Assembly: GCA_051003195.1 (NCBI GenBank)
Contig: JBPCLP010000004.1
Span: forward strand, 1-56,514
DNA: 56,514 bases
Source: Candidatus Sumerlaeaceae bacterium
Lineage (GTDB): Bacteria > Sumerlaeota > Sumerlaeia > Sumerlaeales > Sumerlaeaceae
Reading direction: 5' to 3'
This document shows, piece by piece, positions 10,646 through 20,833 of the stretch. Under the pieces are notes generated by a model. The model had not been told where the DNA came from. It did not search any database and saw only the letters and a list, made by a program, of their open reading frames with translations. Numbering within the stretch: the first letter of the stretch is position 1; every line of letters starts with the position of its first letter. A program made the position numbers and the translations under genes.

Positions 10646-11122
10646 CTACGCCAGCGGTTGGCATCGGTGAGCTTCATACAACACCAGCAACACCGCCTGT
10701 GCGAGGTTCAGGCTCGGGAACTCAGGATTGGTGGGAATTCGCAGCCACTTCTGACAAAGATCCAACTCGTCACTGCTGAGCCCCTGCGACTCAGGTCCAA
10801 ACACTACCGAAGTTAATCCACGAGAAGGGGCCGCAAACAACTGCTCCGGCGTTTGCGGCATTGAGACATGCTTTCGCTGCCTTACGCTCGTACCGACGAT
10901 GGCCTGGCAGCCCACCAGCGCTTCCGGCAGGTCGGAATGCACCTGCACATCCACCAGCTCCCACGCGCCAGAGGACGCGACCCGCGCCTCCCGCTGTGCT
11001 TCCGGTGACCATTCGGCAGGAGAAACAATGCGCACGCTTTCGGCGGAGAAATTCGCTGCCGCACGGATGACTGCACCAATGTTTCGCGCCTGTCCGGGGC
11101 GGACGAGTACAATGCGAATCAC
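10646..11122 (-). CDS. SPOUT RNA methyltransferase (TrmJ/TrmH family)
   Basis: RIVLVRP, RNIGAVIRAAANF, VFGPESQGLS, IPTNPEFPSLNLAQAV; GTG start 11122 (the ORF-track extension is repeat-derived). Confidence 0.85.
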   Translation of the reverse strand: MIRIVLVRPGQARNIGAVIRAAANFSAESVRIVSPAEWSPEAQREARVASSGAWELVDVQVHSDLPEALVGCQAIVGTSVRQRKHVSMPQTPEQLFAAPSRGLTSVVFGPESQGLSSDELDLCQKWLRIPTNPEFPSLNLAQAVLLVLYEAHRCQPLA

Positions 11123-11147
11123 AGCATTTAATTCGCGCGAGGATCCG

Positions 11148-11247
11148 CTGGTGTGGTGTCCCATTAATTCGTTCACTGGTTTTGTGTGCCGTCCGAGCTC
11201 GAAAGCTTCCTGAAGTATAGCTATGAACTTCTGGGACGGCACACTGG
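11148..11247 (-). repeat. 92-bp MITE-like element, subtype A, flanked by CCAG/CCAG
   Basis: Reverse complement reads CCAG-TGTGCCGTCCCAGAAGTTC...GGACGGCACA...GAATTAATGGGACACCACA-CCAG; near-identical to copies at 23233, 25088 and 46598. Confidence 0.9.
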
Positions 11248-11249
11248 TA

Positions 11250-13106
11250 TTATTTTACAGCCGCGCGTATGCGCGCCACGATCGCTTTGGAATCGATGCC
11301 GTACTTTGCCACCAGGTCATCCGGAGGACCAGAGCGCGGCACTTCGACAACGCCGATGCGATAAACCCGGATGTCGGTTTCGGATATTGCGGCACTCACC
11401 GCGTCCCCAATGCCGCCCTCCAGGTAATGATCCTCCACCGTCAGAATCCGGTTTCCTGTCTCACTGGCGTTCTGAATCAGCGCCGCCTGGTCGATCGGCT
11501 TTATCGTGAACAGGTCTAGAATACGAACGCCAATGCCTTCCGATGCGAGCAGTTCCTGCGCCTTGATGGCCTCAAACAGCGTGATCCCGGCCGTGGCAAT
11601 CGTGATCGAGTCCTTGTCGCTGCGCCGAACAACCTTCGCCTTACCGATTTCAAATGGCTCATCGTTCTTGTACAAAATGGCGGTTTTCGGCCGCGACGTG
11701 CGGATGTAGGCCATACCCTTATGTTGCGCCGCCAGGCCAACCGCGCGCTCCGCCGACACAGCATCGCTCGGATAAAACACCACGCAGCCCGGAATCGCGC
11801 GAAACACCCCCAGGTCCTCCAGGCCCATTTGCGACGGCCCGTCTTCACCAATCGACACTCCAACGTGTGATCCGCATAGCTTGATATTGGAATGTGAAAT
11901 GCCGGCCATGCGAATCTGGTCGAAGCCGCGGCCGAGAAACACAGCAAAAGTCGATGCAAACGGTATCTTATCACGCGACGACAGGCCCGCTGCGACGCTG
12001 ATCATATTTTGTTCCGCAATGAAGCACTCAAAAAATCTTTCGGGGAACTCCTTCATGAACCGGTCGGAAAACGTCGAGTTCTTCGTGTCGGCATCCAGCG
12101 CCACGACACGTGCATTGGCGTGTCCCAGCTTTACCAGTGCCGTTCCATAAGCCTCACGCGTGGCAACCGAATCACCGGCCTTGTAATCCGGCGGAGCCAT
12201 TTTCCGGCTGTCGGGTTCCGTCATCACCGAATGCGAAAGCAGCTGCAGGTCGAAAGGGTAGTCTGTCTCGGCGCCCGCGGCCTGGATCTCGGCAATGGCT
12301 TTGTCTTCTTCCTCGCCCTTTTTCAGCGGCTTGCCGTGCCATCCATCTTTGTTCTCGAGAAAGGAAACGCCCTTCCCCTTAAACGTGCGGGCAATAATCG
12401 CGAACGGTTTGTCGTGCGACTCGCCAGCCTGGTCAAATGCATCGAGCAGCGCCGCCACATCATGACCATCCACGACCCTTGTGTTCCACCCGAACGCCTC
12501 AAAGCGGCCCTGGTAGACTTCCGTATGATGGCCCACGGCAGTCGCCTGGCTCTGCCCAAGCCGATTGGCGTCGAGGATCGCGACCAGATTATCCAGCTTG
12601 TAATGGCCGCCCATGGCCGCGGCTTCCCACACGCTGCCTTCGGCGACCTCTCCATCGCCCAGCAGCACGAATGTGCGGTAGTTCGACTTATCCAGGTATT
12701 TCGAATTCAGTGCCAGCCCCACGCCGGCGCCAAGCCCCTGTCCCAGCGAACCGGTAGCCACGTCGACAAATGGCAGACGCGGCGTTGGATGTCCCTCGAA
12801 GTCGGAGTCGATCTGGCGCAGCGACATCACGTCTGCCTTACTGATGGCGCCGGCTTCTGCCCATGCCGCATACAGCACAGGTGCGCCATGGCCTTTGGAG
12901 AGCACAAACCGGTCTGCAAACCTGTTTCCTGGATCTTTTGGATCCCAGCGCATCACGTGCAAAAACAGGACAGACATAATTTCCGCGGCCGACATACAGG
13001 TACTCGGGTGGCCCGAGCCCGCCTTCGTTATCGCCCGAATTGAATCGATGCGCAGGGCATTGGCCTTGGCGCCCAAGGCAGCTATTAGTTTCGGATCGTG
13101 AGGCAT
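11250..13106 (-). CDS. tkt: Transketolase (single chain, ~618 aa)
   Basis: SGHP, LSKGH, TGSLGQG, ThDP motif GDGE, GEDGPSQ, TVEDHY. Confidence 0.92.
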   Translation of the reverse strand: MPHDPKLIAALGAKANALRIDSIRAITKAGSGHPSTCMSAAEIMSVLFLHVMRWDPKDPGNRFADRFVLSKGHGAPVLYAAWAEAGAISKADVMSLRQIDSDFEGHPTPRLPFVDVATGSLGQGLGAGVGLALNSKYLDKSNYRTFVLLGDGEVAEGSVWEAAAMGGHYKLDNLVAILDANRLGQSQATAVGHHTEVYQGRFEAFGWNTRVVDGHDVAALLDAFDQAGESHDKPFAIIARTFKGKGVSFLENKDGWHGKPLKKGEEEDKAIAEIQAAGAETDYPFDLQLLSHSVMTEPDSRKMAPPDYKAGDSVATREAYGTALVKLGHANARVVALDADTKNSTFSDRFMKEFPERFFECFIAEQNMISVAAGLSSRDKIPFASTFAVFLGRGFDQIRMAGISHSNIKLCGSHVGVSIGEDGPSQMGLEDLGVFRAIPGCVVFYPSDAVSAERAVGLAAQHKGMAYIRTSRPKTAILYKNDEPFEIGKAKVVRRSDKDSITIATAGITLFEAIKAQELLASEGIGVRILDLFTIKPIDQAALIQNASETGNRILTVEDHYLEGGIGDAVSAAISETDIRVYRIGVVEVPRSGPPDDLVAKYGIDSKAIVARIRAAVK

Positions 13107-13309
13107 AGGGGAGTGTGCTGCTACCTTCCGGGTAAATGAATGGAATCTATGCACGAACAAGCCAGAAGCGCGCGTCAAAAGGATTCTCAATGAACCAAAT
13201 GACATGCCGGCGGTCAGGCCGCAGCAACGAATTGGCATTGATTCCCGCCGAGCGTCCAGCCAGCTTCAGGCGGTTTTCGCACACCGGAACAGCAAACAGG
13301 AGTTCGTAC

Positions 13310-14770
13310 TTGAACGAGTCACAGATAGCGGCCATAGTCGACGAAGTCGTAAAGACGCTGAAAGAACATGGTCTCCCCGGGGCCCTGCAGGCACGTGCAG
13401 CGCGCACCAACGGACACTCGACCGCAGGCATGCGCGGGGTGTTCGATACTATGGACGCCGCATGTGTGGCTGCATGGGAAGCCCAGAAAATCTATGGCGA
13501 AGCCACCCTAGAACAGCGCAAGAAAGTCGTGGCGGCATTGCGCGAAACCGCGGTTTCCAATCGACAGGATTTTGCCGAGCGCGAGCTGGCGGAAACAAAA
13601 CTCGGTCGTCTCGACCACAAATTGATGAAGCTGGACGGGTGCGCCGCTCTCACGCCCGGGGTGGAATACCTCGCCACGCAGTGCTGGACGGGCGACCACG
13701 GCCTGACCGTGGAAGAGCTTGCGCCCTACGGCGTCATCGCCGCGGTCACTCCCGTCACACACGTGGTCCCGACCATGGTGAATAATGCCATCAGCATTCT
13801 CGCCGGTGGTAATACGGTCGTATTCAACGGGCATCCCGGCGGCAAAACTGTCTTCGCATACGCCCTGGATAAATTCAATGCCGCGATTGAACGCGCGACC
13901 GGACTCCAAAATCTCATGACCTGCATTGCCGAGCCGACAATCGAGAGCGGTAAGGAAATGTTCAACCATCCAAAGGTGCGCGTGCTGCTGGTGACCGGCG
14001 GCCCCGGGGTCGTGAAGGAAGCGTTAAAAACCCCCAAGAAGTCAATCACTGCCGGGCCCGGAAATCCGCCAGTGGTGGTCGATGAAACCGCCGTCATTCC
14101 GCAGGCGGCTCGCGATATCATCGCTGGCGCGGGCTTCGACAACAACATCCTCTGCATTGGCGAAAAGGAAGTCTTCGTGGTAGAGGCGATTGCCGACAAA
14201 CTGATGGCTGAGCTGAAAAAGCAGGGCTGCGCCGAACTCAATTCCACGCAAATCGACGAACTCGCGCGAAAAGCATTTCAGACCCAGGGCGACGTTAAGA
14301 ATTTTAAGTCGTGCGGCGGCTCGATGCTCAATCGCGATTTCGTGGGTAAGGACGCACATTTCCTGGCGCGCCAGATCGGTGTCGACGTTCCACAGAACTG
14401 CCCCATGCTCATCGGCGAAACCAGCGCGGACCACCTGTGGGTGCAAAGCGAGCAGATGATGTGCTTCATTCCCATCGTGCGTTGCAAGGATGTGGACCAT
14501 GCGATTAATCTCGCGGTGCAGGCCGAGCACGGCTACGGCCATACCGCCGTTATCCACTCGCTTAACGTAGCCAACATGACGAAAATGGGCAAGGCCATGA
14601 ACGTTTCTCTTTTCATCAAAAATGGCCCAAGCTACGCAGGGCTCGGAATGGGTGGAGAGGGACACACCAGCTTCTCGATAGCCAGTCCTACCGGCGAAGG
14701 GGCCACCACCTGCCGCACGTTTTGCCGCCTGCGCCGCTGTACGCTGGTGGACTATCTGCGGATCGTTTAA
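13310..14770 (+). CDS. CoA-acylating aldehyde dehydrogenase (EutE/PduP type) with N-terminal encapsulation-peptide-like helix
   Basis: TGDHGLT, TGGPGVV, AGPGNPPVVVDETA, FDNNILCIGEKE, GMGGEG, PTGEG; TTG start after AGGAG; N-terminus MNESQIAAIVDEVVKTL. Confidence 0.88.
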   Translation: MNESQIAAIVDEVVKTLKEHGLPGALQARAARTNGHSTAGMRGVFDTMDAACVAAWEAQKIYGEATLEQRKKVVAALRETAVSNRQDFAERELAETKLGRLDHKLMKLDGCAALTPGVEYLATQCWTGDHGLTVEELAPYGVIAAVTPVTHVVPTMVNNAISILAGGNTVVFNGHPGGKTVFAYALDKFNAAIERATGLQNLMTCIAEPTIESGKEMFNHPKVRVLLVTGGPGVVKEALKTPKKSITAGPGNPPVVVDETAVIPQAARDIIAGAGFDNNILCIGEKEVFVVEAIADKLMAELKKQGCAELNSTQIDELARKAFQTQGDVKNFKSCGGSMLNRDFVGKDAHFLARQIGVDVPQNCPMLIGETSADHLWVQSEQMMCFIPIVRCKDVDHAINLAVQAEHGYGHTAVIHSLNVANMTKMGKAMNVSLFIKNGPSYAGLGMGGEGHTSFSIASPTGEGATTCRTFCRLRRCTLVDYLRIV

Positions 14771-14772
14771 TC

Positions 14773-15447
14773 TTACCTGGCAGTACTCGTAAACACATCT
14801 TCATAAACACGGTGAGACAACTGCTCACCGTCGGCCGGATTACTGTCGTCAAAGGCAACAATCGTGTAGCTGCGCCCCGCCTTTGGTGACAGCTCGATTG
14901 GACCCAGCACCGATTTGCCTCCGTCCTTTGCGACGACTTTGTAATCACCGGCGGGAATCGCCTTCGGCCCCTCGAACTCGCCATGTTTCAGATTACTGAT
15001 AATCTTAAACCAGCCGGCATACACGTCCACCTTTTCAACCGAGGGCGAGGCGAGCACAAAAGTCGCATGCGCCTTCTCCCCTTCGGGCGGTTTGCACTCG
15101 CTCGGCACAACCAGCGGTTTCACCGCCGAGCCCGCTGCTGTTGTTTCCCGCGCAACGACCACAGTGTAGCAGTGGTTGGCAGCCAGCGTGATCGTTTGCT
15201 CGACCGCCAGCGCGCCACTGGTCTCCGCATTTGTTAGCGAGAGCGTATGCTGTGCGGCCGAAAGCTTGAACGAGTCACTCTGCTTGAGAGCCAGCGATTT
15301 GCCAGTCGGCATGCCGTCGATCAGGATGGCGACACGCGTTGTCAGGGGATCCGCATGGATGACGCGTACAGTCACCGATTCGGCAGCACCGGCAGTGCGC
15401 AGTAATCCGCAAACTGCGGCTCCTAAAACAAACTGGGTTCGTCGCAT
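14773..15447 (-). CDS. Secreted DUF4397-like beta-sandwich protein
   Basis: Signal peptide; two similar modules (VRVIHADP..., ATFVLASPSVEKVDVY...). Confidence 0.65.
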   Translation of the reverse strand: MRRTQFVLGAAVCGLLRTAGAAESVTVRVIHADPLTTRVAILIDGMPTGKSLALKQSDSFKLSAAQHTLSLTNAETSGALAVEQTITLAANHCYTVVVARETTAAGSAVKPLVVPSECKPPEGEKAHATFVLASPSVEKVDVYAGWFKIISNLKHGEFEGPKAIPAGDYKVVAKDGGKSVLGPIELSPKAGRSYTIVAFDDSNPADGEQLSHRVYEDVFTSTAR

Positions 15448-15509
15448 AGTGGCAAGGCGGTGCAAAACGTATGCCCCACGTTTCAAAGGGTGGCGTGACG
15501 GAATCCAAT

Positions 15510-15544
15510 TCCGCACTCCGCGCTCCGAACTCCGAACTCCGAAC
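15510..15544. repeat. Heptamer tandem repeat (TCCGMRC)x5
   Basis: TCCGCAC TCCGCGC TCCGAAC TCCGAAC TCCGAAC, just past the tRNA-Phe 3' end. Confidence 0.85.
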
Positions 15545-15552
15545 TAAAAAAA

Positions 15553-15628
<76 letters not shown>

Positions 15629-15686
15629 ACGCGCCAGACGCGGGGCAGAACTACGCGCCGGAGTTGCTGCTTATTCACTGCCCGGG

Positions 15687-16715
15687 TTAAACCCGACCCA
15701 GCGCGAAAAACAGGTAGTAGAACGCAGCGGAAACCAGCGCAGACGCAGGGATGGTAAGAATCCAAGCCCACATAATTCTTGCAGCAATGCCCCATTTAAT
15801 ACCCGAGAGATTTGTAGTAGCACCAACACCAATAATGGAGCCCGTGATCGTGTGGGTCGTTGAAACCGGGATTCCTAGATGTGTAACCATAAACAGCGTC
15901 GCTGCCCCCGCTGTTTCCGCGCAGAACCCTCCCACCGGCTTCAGTTTTGTAATCTTCATACCCATAGTTTTTACTATGCGCCATCCGCCCAGCGCTGTTC
16001 CAAGTGCCATTGCAGCGTGGCATGACAGGATGATCCAAAGAGTCTGTGGATCGGTAAGTGAGATTTTAACATCGGGTTTAAAGTGACCGGCGGCTACAAG
16101 CAGCGCGACGATGATACCCATGGTTTTCTGGGCGTCATTGCCGCCATGGTTCAGCGAGTAGAGCGCCGCGCTGACCAACTGGCCGCGCCGGAAAAAACTG
16201 TCGACCGCCGTCGGTCGCCACCGGCGAAAAAGCCAGTACACGATCACCATGATCGTAAAGGCCAGGGCAAAGCCGATCAGCGGCGCCAGCGGGATATACT
16301 TCACCGTCGGCCACACCTTTGTCCAGTTGATGCCACCCAGGCCAGCGTGGGCGATACCAGCGCCAATCGCGCCACCAATAAGAGCGTGAGACGAACTCGT
16401 GGGCAGCCCCCACCACCACGTCAGCAGGTCCCAGACAATCGCGGCCAGCAGCCCGGCCAGCACTACATAAATGTACGAATGGTCCGAAGGTTTAATGATG
16501 ACGATCTTGGAAATCGTGTCGGCCACTTTCGGCGCGAACACGAACATTGCGATGAAATTGAAAAAAGCCGCCCATAATACCGCCGCACGCGGCGAAAGCA
16601 CTCGCGTTGAGACCACGGTGGCGATGGAATTAGCCGAGTCGTGGAACCCGTTAATCAGGTCGAAAAGCAGGGCAATGATGATTGTTGCGATAACAACGAT
16701 CCACAAGTAGTCCAT
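15687..16715 (-). CDS. pit: Inorganic phosphate transporter (PiT family)
   Basis: NGFHDSANSIAT, GLPTSSSHALIG, HGGNDAQK, PVSTTH. Confidence 0.95.
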   Translation of the reverse strand: MDYLWIVVIATIIIALLFDLINGFHDSANSIATVVSTRVLSPRAAVLWAAFFNFIAMFVFAPKVADTISKIVIIKPSDHSYIYVVLAGLLAAIVWDLLTWWWGLPTSSSHALIGGAIGAGIAHAGLGGINWTKVWPTVKYIPLAPLIGFALAFTIMVIVYWLFRRWRPTAVDSFFRRGQLVSAALYSLNHGGNDAQKTMGIIVALLVAAGHFKPDVKISLTDPQTLWIILSCHAAMALGTALGGWRIVKTMGMKITKLKPVGGFCAETAGAATLFMVTHLGIPVSTTHTITGSIIGVGATTNLSGIKWGIAARIMWAWILTIPASALVSAAFYYLFFALGRV

Positions 16716-16717
16716 AT

Positions 16718-17347
16718 TCAGGAGGCCTCGATTACAACGCCTTCAATGATATCGGCGGCGTCCTCACATTTATCCACAGCACTCTCCAGAATCTCGAACA
16801 GTTCGTTCCACTTGATCACAATGATCGGCCTCGATTCCTCCTCCCGGAACAGCCGCGCCAGCGCAGTGCGCAGAATTTCATCACCTTTGTTTTCCAGGTC
16901 ATGCACCTTGATGCAGGCGGCTTTGATAGCGTCCGCGTCCTTCATGTTGCGCATCAGCTTGAGCGCCTCCGCAAGCTGCATGCTCGCGGAAACCAGCACT
17001 TCCGCCAGCTCTCTTGCCTCCGGACGCATCTCCGTAACATTGTAGATCGCCATTCTCGATGCGGCTGCATCGATTGCATCCATCACATCATCCAGTCGCA
17101 TGATGAGCCGCTGGATGTCGGGCCGGTCCATCGGCGTAATGAACGTATTGTGCAATGCGTCCAGACACGCATGCGTCACATCGTCCGCCTCGTGTTCGAT
17201 CTCCTTGATGCGCCCGGCATGGTAGCCGATATCCGAGTCATTGCTGGTCAGAGCCAGCAGTTCCTGGCAACCGCGCATAGTGACAGCGGCGTGCTGCTCA
17301 AAGTAGTCAAAAAAGCTGGTCTCTTTGGGCAAGAATCTTTTAAACAT
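16718..17347 (-). CDS. DUF47 / PhoU-like phosphate transport regulator
   Basis: EHEADD, TFITPMDR, LENKGD, DKCEDAAD; directly upstream of pit. Confidence 0.9.
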   Translation of the reverse strand: MFKRFLPKETSFFDYFEQHAAVTMRGCQELLALTSNDSDIGYHAGRIKEIEHEADDVTHACLDALHNTFITPMDRPDIQRLIMRLDDVMDAIDAAASRMAIYNVTEMRPEARELAEVLVSASMQLAEALKLMRNMKDADAIKAACIKVHDLENKGDEILRTALARLFREEESRPIIVIKWNELFEILESAVDKCEDAADIIEGVVIEAS

Positions 17348-17712
17348 CAGTTGCGTCTCCTTTAATGGTGCTCCGCTTCTGTAGATCCCAGGTCGTATTT
17401 GCATCCGTGTGCGGGTTAATTCGATGCCATGAAGTTGCCAGTCATCAAATTTCGCACAAGGCTTGAATTTGTCACAGCGCCGCCACATCAGGTCCAACCG
17501 TTTGCGGTCGCTATTTTGCGCCCGGCACGATGCCTTTCGGGCGCTGGATTCAGGGCCGTACTTATCGAAATTGCCCGCAACCGAGCCCCGTTAACCAGCC
17601 ACCGGGGGCCGTTTTGCCGGCCGTGCAACCTCATCTCGGGTGCAGCAAATAATTAGACGCTCGTGCAGTATATTGGCCTGCCCTGCCGCCTGGCAGGGCG
17701 ATCGCACCCCGT

Positions 17713-17799
17713 GCCCGGGTGGCGGAACTGGCAGACGCACCAGCTTGAGGGGCTGGCGAGGTCACACTTGTGCAGGTTCAAATCCTGTCCCGGGCACCA
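17713..17799 (+). tRNA. tRNA-Leu(GAG)
   Basis: GCCCGGG/CCCGGGC acceptor stem, CCAGC-TTGAGGG-GCTGG anticodon arm, long variable arm, GGTTCAAAT, CCA. Confidence 0.96.
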
Positions 17800-17962
17800 A
17801 CTCACTTTTCACTTATTTATCTTGGGTTCGCGCTTGAATCTAGTTATTGGATTCAGCAGCTTCGTTTTCATGGTCTGTCTCTAGTGCGGCGAAGTCCTCG
17901 GCGATCCCACAAATGGGCGTTTCTACATTAATGCGTGCGAAGGTGTATGCGGACGTGCCAAT

Positions 17963-18568
17963 TTACTTGGTCCACTTATAGTGAAGAAACTGGGACCATA
18001 GCGGGTGAGTTCCGGGCGAGCCAAGAAACTCCTCGTATTGTGGTCGCCAAGGGCGACCCATTCCGGTATCTAAAAGGAAAAGATCATCACCTTTCGGCTT
18101 CTGCTCGAAAAATAGCACACTGAGCCGGGCTTCCTCGGGTTCTGCATGCGCTCTTGTATCCGTCGTGTTATCCGCTTCTACGAGGCAATAGTAAGCTAGC
18201 TGGCTGCCGGTCGTGAGTTCCCCTTTTAAAACACGAAGCACGGTTGCCGTTGTCTGCCACTCACCGTAGCGCCCCGCACGCGGACGAACGCGATACGCTG
18301 CGGCGTCCGGCCTAACCACAACTGAATGTGGGTAGTAATGAAAGTAATTGAGAAAATTGATTGAGTTGTCGTCCAGTTTCCCGGTCGCTTGGTTGGCTGA
18401 GGTCGACACTACTGCACACGCGCACAAAAAGTTCAAAGCGATAACCTTAGCACACACGAATGATCGCGCGTTCTTTGTGAACTGCACGCAAATCACCAGA
18501 GACCCTTTATTAATCCGCCTCGGCGGACCCTCGCATCTCAACATCGCTACAGCATTACCCCGCGACAA
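17963..18568 (-). CDS. Hypothetical protein (start uncertain)
   Basis: 201-aa ORF overlapping the stop of the FAH-family gene; no motif recognised. Confidence 0.4.
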   Translation of the reverse strand: MSRGNAVAMLRCEGPPRRINKGSLVICVQFTKNARSFVCAKVIALNFLCACAVVSTSANQATGKLDDNSINFLNYFHYYPHSVVVRPDAAAYRVRPRAGRYGEWQTTATVLRVLKGELTTGSQLAYYCLVEADNTTDTRAHAEPEEARLSVLFFEQKPKGDDLFLLDTGMGRPWRPQYEEFLGSPGTHPLWSQFLHYKWTK

Positions 18569-19460
18569 TCGTGTTTCGGATCCTGCCGATGCTTCCTATA
18601 TCCACCTCAACCACATCGCCCGGCTGCATAAGTACAGGCGGATTACGATGTTCCCCCACACCGGCAGGAGTCCCTGTCGAGATAACGTCACCCGGCTCCA
18701 GCGTGATACCCTCGCTGATGAATTCGATCAGTTCCGCGACGCCGAAAATCATCCGCGCCGTACTGGAGTCCTGCATGACCTGGCCGTTCAATGTCGTTCG
18801 AACGGCCAGTGCCTGTGGATCCGCGATTTCATCGGCAGTAACCACGCACGGGCCCATTGGCGCAAACGTATCCTGGCTCTTTGCGCGCAGGAACTGCACA
18901 TCGCTTCTCTGCACATCCCGCGCGCTGATGTCGTTCACGATTGTATATCCAAACACGTGCTCCAGCGCCCGGCCGCGCGGAATCCGCTTCCCCCCCGAAC
19001 CGATAATCACCGCCAGTTCACCCTCAAAATCAAGCTTATCGGTCACCGTCGATTTAATGACCGCGTCCCCATCACCGACAATTGCGTTGCAGTATTTGCC
19101 GAACAGGATCGGCCGTTCAGGCCGCGCTTTTTTCTGTTCGTCGCAATGGTCCTGGTAGTTTAATCCAACGCAAATAAACTTGCCGGGGTTGGGAATCGGC
19201 GGCAGTAGCTTGAGCTTGCTCAACGACAGCACCGCCGTACCATCTGCCTGGCTCGGCGGCGACAGTTGCTTCAGATATTCCGACAGAAAAACGACGACGG
19301 GATCCGGCGCCGCGCAGATGCTTTTCATGTCCGCCTGCAACACCACATCCGGCGCACGTTCGCCGGCGCGTTCGAATAGCGTGGCCGCATGGTAGACAAA
19401 CTCACCCGCACCAATTCCAAGCTGTGGGCCGGAGCCGGTCTGGTAGCGATACAGCCGCAT
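18555..19460 (-). CDS. Fumarylacetoacetate hydrolase family protein
   Basis: KFICVGLNY, DFEGELAVIIG, NDISARD, AKSQDTF, GDVISTGTPAGVG. Confidence 0.92.
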   Translation of the reverse strand: MRLYRYQTGSGPQLGIGAGEFVYHAATLFERAGERAPDVVLQADMKSICAAPDPVVVFLSEYLKQLSPPSQADGTAVLSLSKLKLLPPIPNPGKFICVGLNYQDHCDEQKKARPERPILFGKYCNAIVGDGDAVIKSTVTDKLDFEGELAVIIGSGGKRIPRGRALEHVFGYTIVNDISARDVQRSDVQFLRAKSQDTFAPMGPCVVTADEIADPQALAVRTTLNGQVMQDSSTARMIFGVAELIEFISEGITLEPGDVISTGTPAGVGEHRNPPVLMQPGDVVEVDIGSIGRIRNTIVAG

Positions 19461-20833
19461 TAATGAATTCCTTTGAGACTCGCCGCCGCCGCAGCCGCAT
19501 ACACCTCGATCAGCGGCACCTTTTTCTCAATCGAAATTCGCCGGCAGTCCTCGTATTCCGGGGTGCGTTTCAGCACTTCCTCGCCCCACATGCCCACCTT
19601 CACCCGCACCGGCCCGTATTGCGTATCCACCGTTTCCATACGCCGCTTCAGGCTGTAGCGTTCGCATGGGATCACTTTGACGCCGAAGGTGGTCGTTTCC
19701 CGCAACAGCAGCTCGATAGCGGAGGGAGTTTGCTGCGGATGCACGAGAACATGCAGGCTGGTTCCCGGACGATTCTTTTTCATGTGCAGCGGAACGAGCT
19801 GCACATCGAGACAGCCCATTTCAAACAACCGTTCCATGACCTGCGCAAACATCTCTGCGGGCATGTCATCGATCTCTGTCGTGATGAGATCCAGTTGCTC
19901 CTGGTTCACAGGTAGATCAACCACCGATCCGCTGCGCGCATCCTGCCCAAGCAGCACGCGAAGGTAGTTGGTATGACCCGCCGTTGCCCGACTTCCGGCT
20001 CCATAGCCGATTCGCTCGATCGTGAAATGCTGCATCGGCCCAAACCCGGCGGCAATGGTCGTTAAAATGGCGGCGCCGGTTGGTGTCGCCAGCTCTGCTG
20101 CAATGGGCCCTGTCTCGATCGGGACTCCGGCGAGTATTCGTGCGGTCGCAGGCGCGGGCACCGGCATCACTCCATGCGCCGCTTTGATCGTTCCACTTCC
20201 CACCGCTACCGGCGACGCAAGCACGCGGGTAACCCCCAATTGTTCCAGTCCCCACATGGAACCCACAATATCGACGATCGCATCCACTGCACCCACTTCG
20301 TGGAATTGCACAGCTTCGATCGTGGTTTCGTGGACGGCCGCCTCCGCAACCGCGATTTTATGAAAGGCTTCAATTGCGCGCTGCTTCACCGCGTCGGAAA
20401 AGCCACTCCCCTCGATAATCGTACGAATCTCGGTGAAGCCCCGGTGCACGTGACCACCTGTGGCCGCATGACCGTGGGAATGCCCAGGCTCGTCATGCGC
20501 ATGCGGGTGGTCGTGGCTATGAGCATGCTCATGCGGATGATGATGATCATGACCATGGCTGTGTGAATGATCAGGGCCGTGCGCGTGATCGTGGACGTGG
20601 CTTTGGCCGTGCGCAGCGGCATCCGCGCCGGTGTCACCATCCAGGTCAACACGCACGAGCGTCGCGCCAATTCCGCACCGTGATACCCTTTGCGCACTGA
20701 TCGTGTAACCCTGCACCGGCAACGTGGCTAACTGACGCCTCAGCTCCTCTATCGGCAAGCCGAGGTCTACCAGCGCACCCAAAGTCATATCGCCGCTGAT
20801 GCCATTATAGCAGTCAAAATACGCCGTCGTCAT
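19460..20833 (-). CDS. larC: Nickel-pincer cofactor nickel insertase LarC (single ORF)
   Basis: DCYNGISGDM, His-rich segment, HEVGAVDAIVD, TPTGAA, MKKNRPG, PEYEDC. Confidence 0.93.
   Translation of the reverse strand: MTTAYFDCYNGISGDMTLGALVDLGLPIEELRRQLATLPVQGYTISAQRVSRCGIGATLVRVDLDGDTGADAAAHGQSHVHDHAHGPDHSHSHGHDHHHPHEHAHSHDHPHAHDEPGHSHGHAATGGHVHRGFTEIRTIIEGSGFSDAVKQRAIEAFHKIAVAEAAVHETTIEAVQFHEVGAVDAIVDIVGSMWGLEQLGVTRVLASPVAVGSGTIKAAHGVMPVPAPATARILAGVPIETGPIAAELATPTGAAILTTIAAGFGPMQHFTIERIGYGAGSRATAGHTNYLRVLLGQDARSGSVVDLPVNQEQLDLITTEIDDMPAEMFAQVMERLFEMGCLDVQLVPLHMKKNRPGTSLHVLVHPQQTPSAIELLLRETTTFGVKVIPCERYSLKRRMETVDTQYGPVRVKVGMWGEEVLKRTPEYEDCRRISIEKKVPLIEVYAAAAAASLKGIH

Noticed and set aside
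11123..11242. N-terminal extension MPSQKFIAIL... on the methyltransferase and the similar short ORFs at 23238 and 46528
   Set aside because: These are translations of the repeat element, not independent genes.
17430..17480. Pho box upstream of DUF47-pit
   Set aside because: GTCAT and GTCAC half-sites are 30 nt apart, not in 11-bp register.
17800..18568. Genomic island integrated at tRNA-Leu
   Set aside because: Only one AT-richer hypothetical ORF; no integrase and no duplicated tRNA 3' end found.
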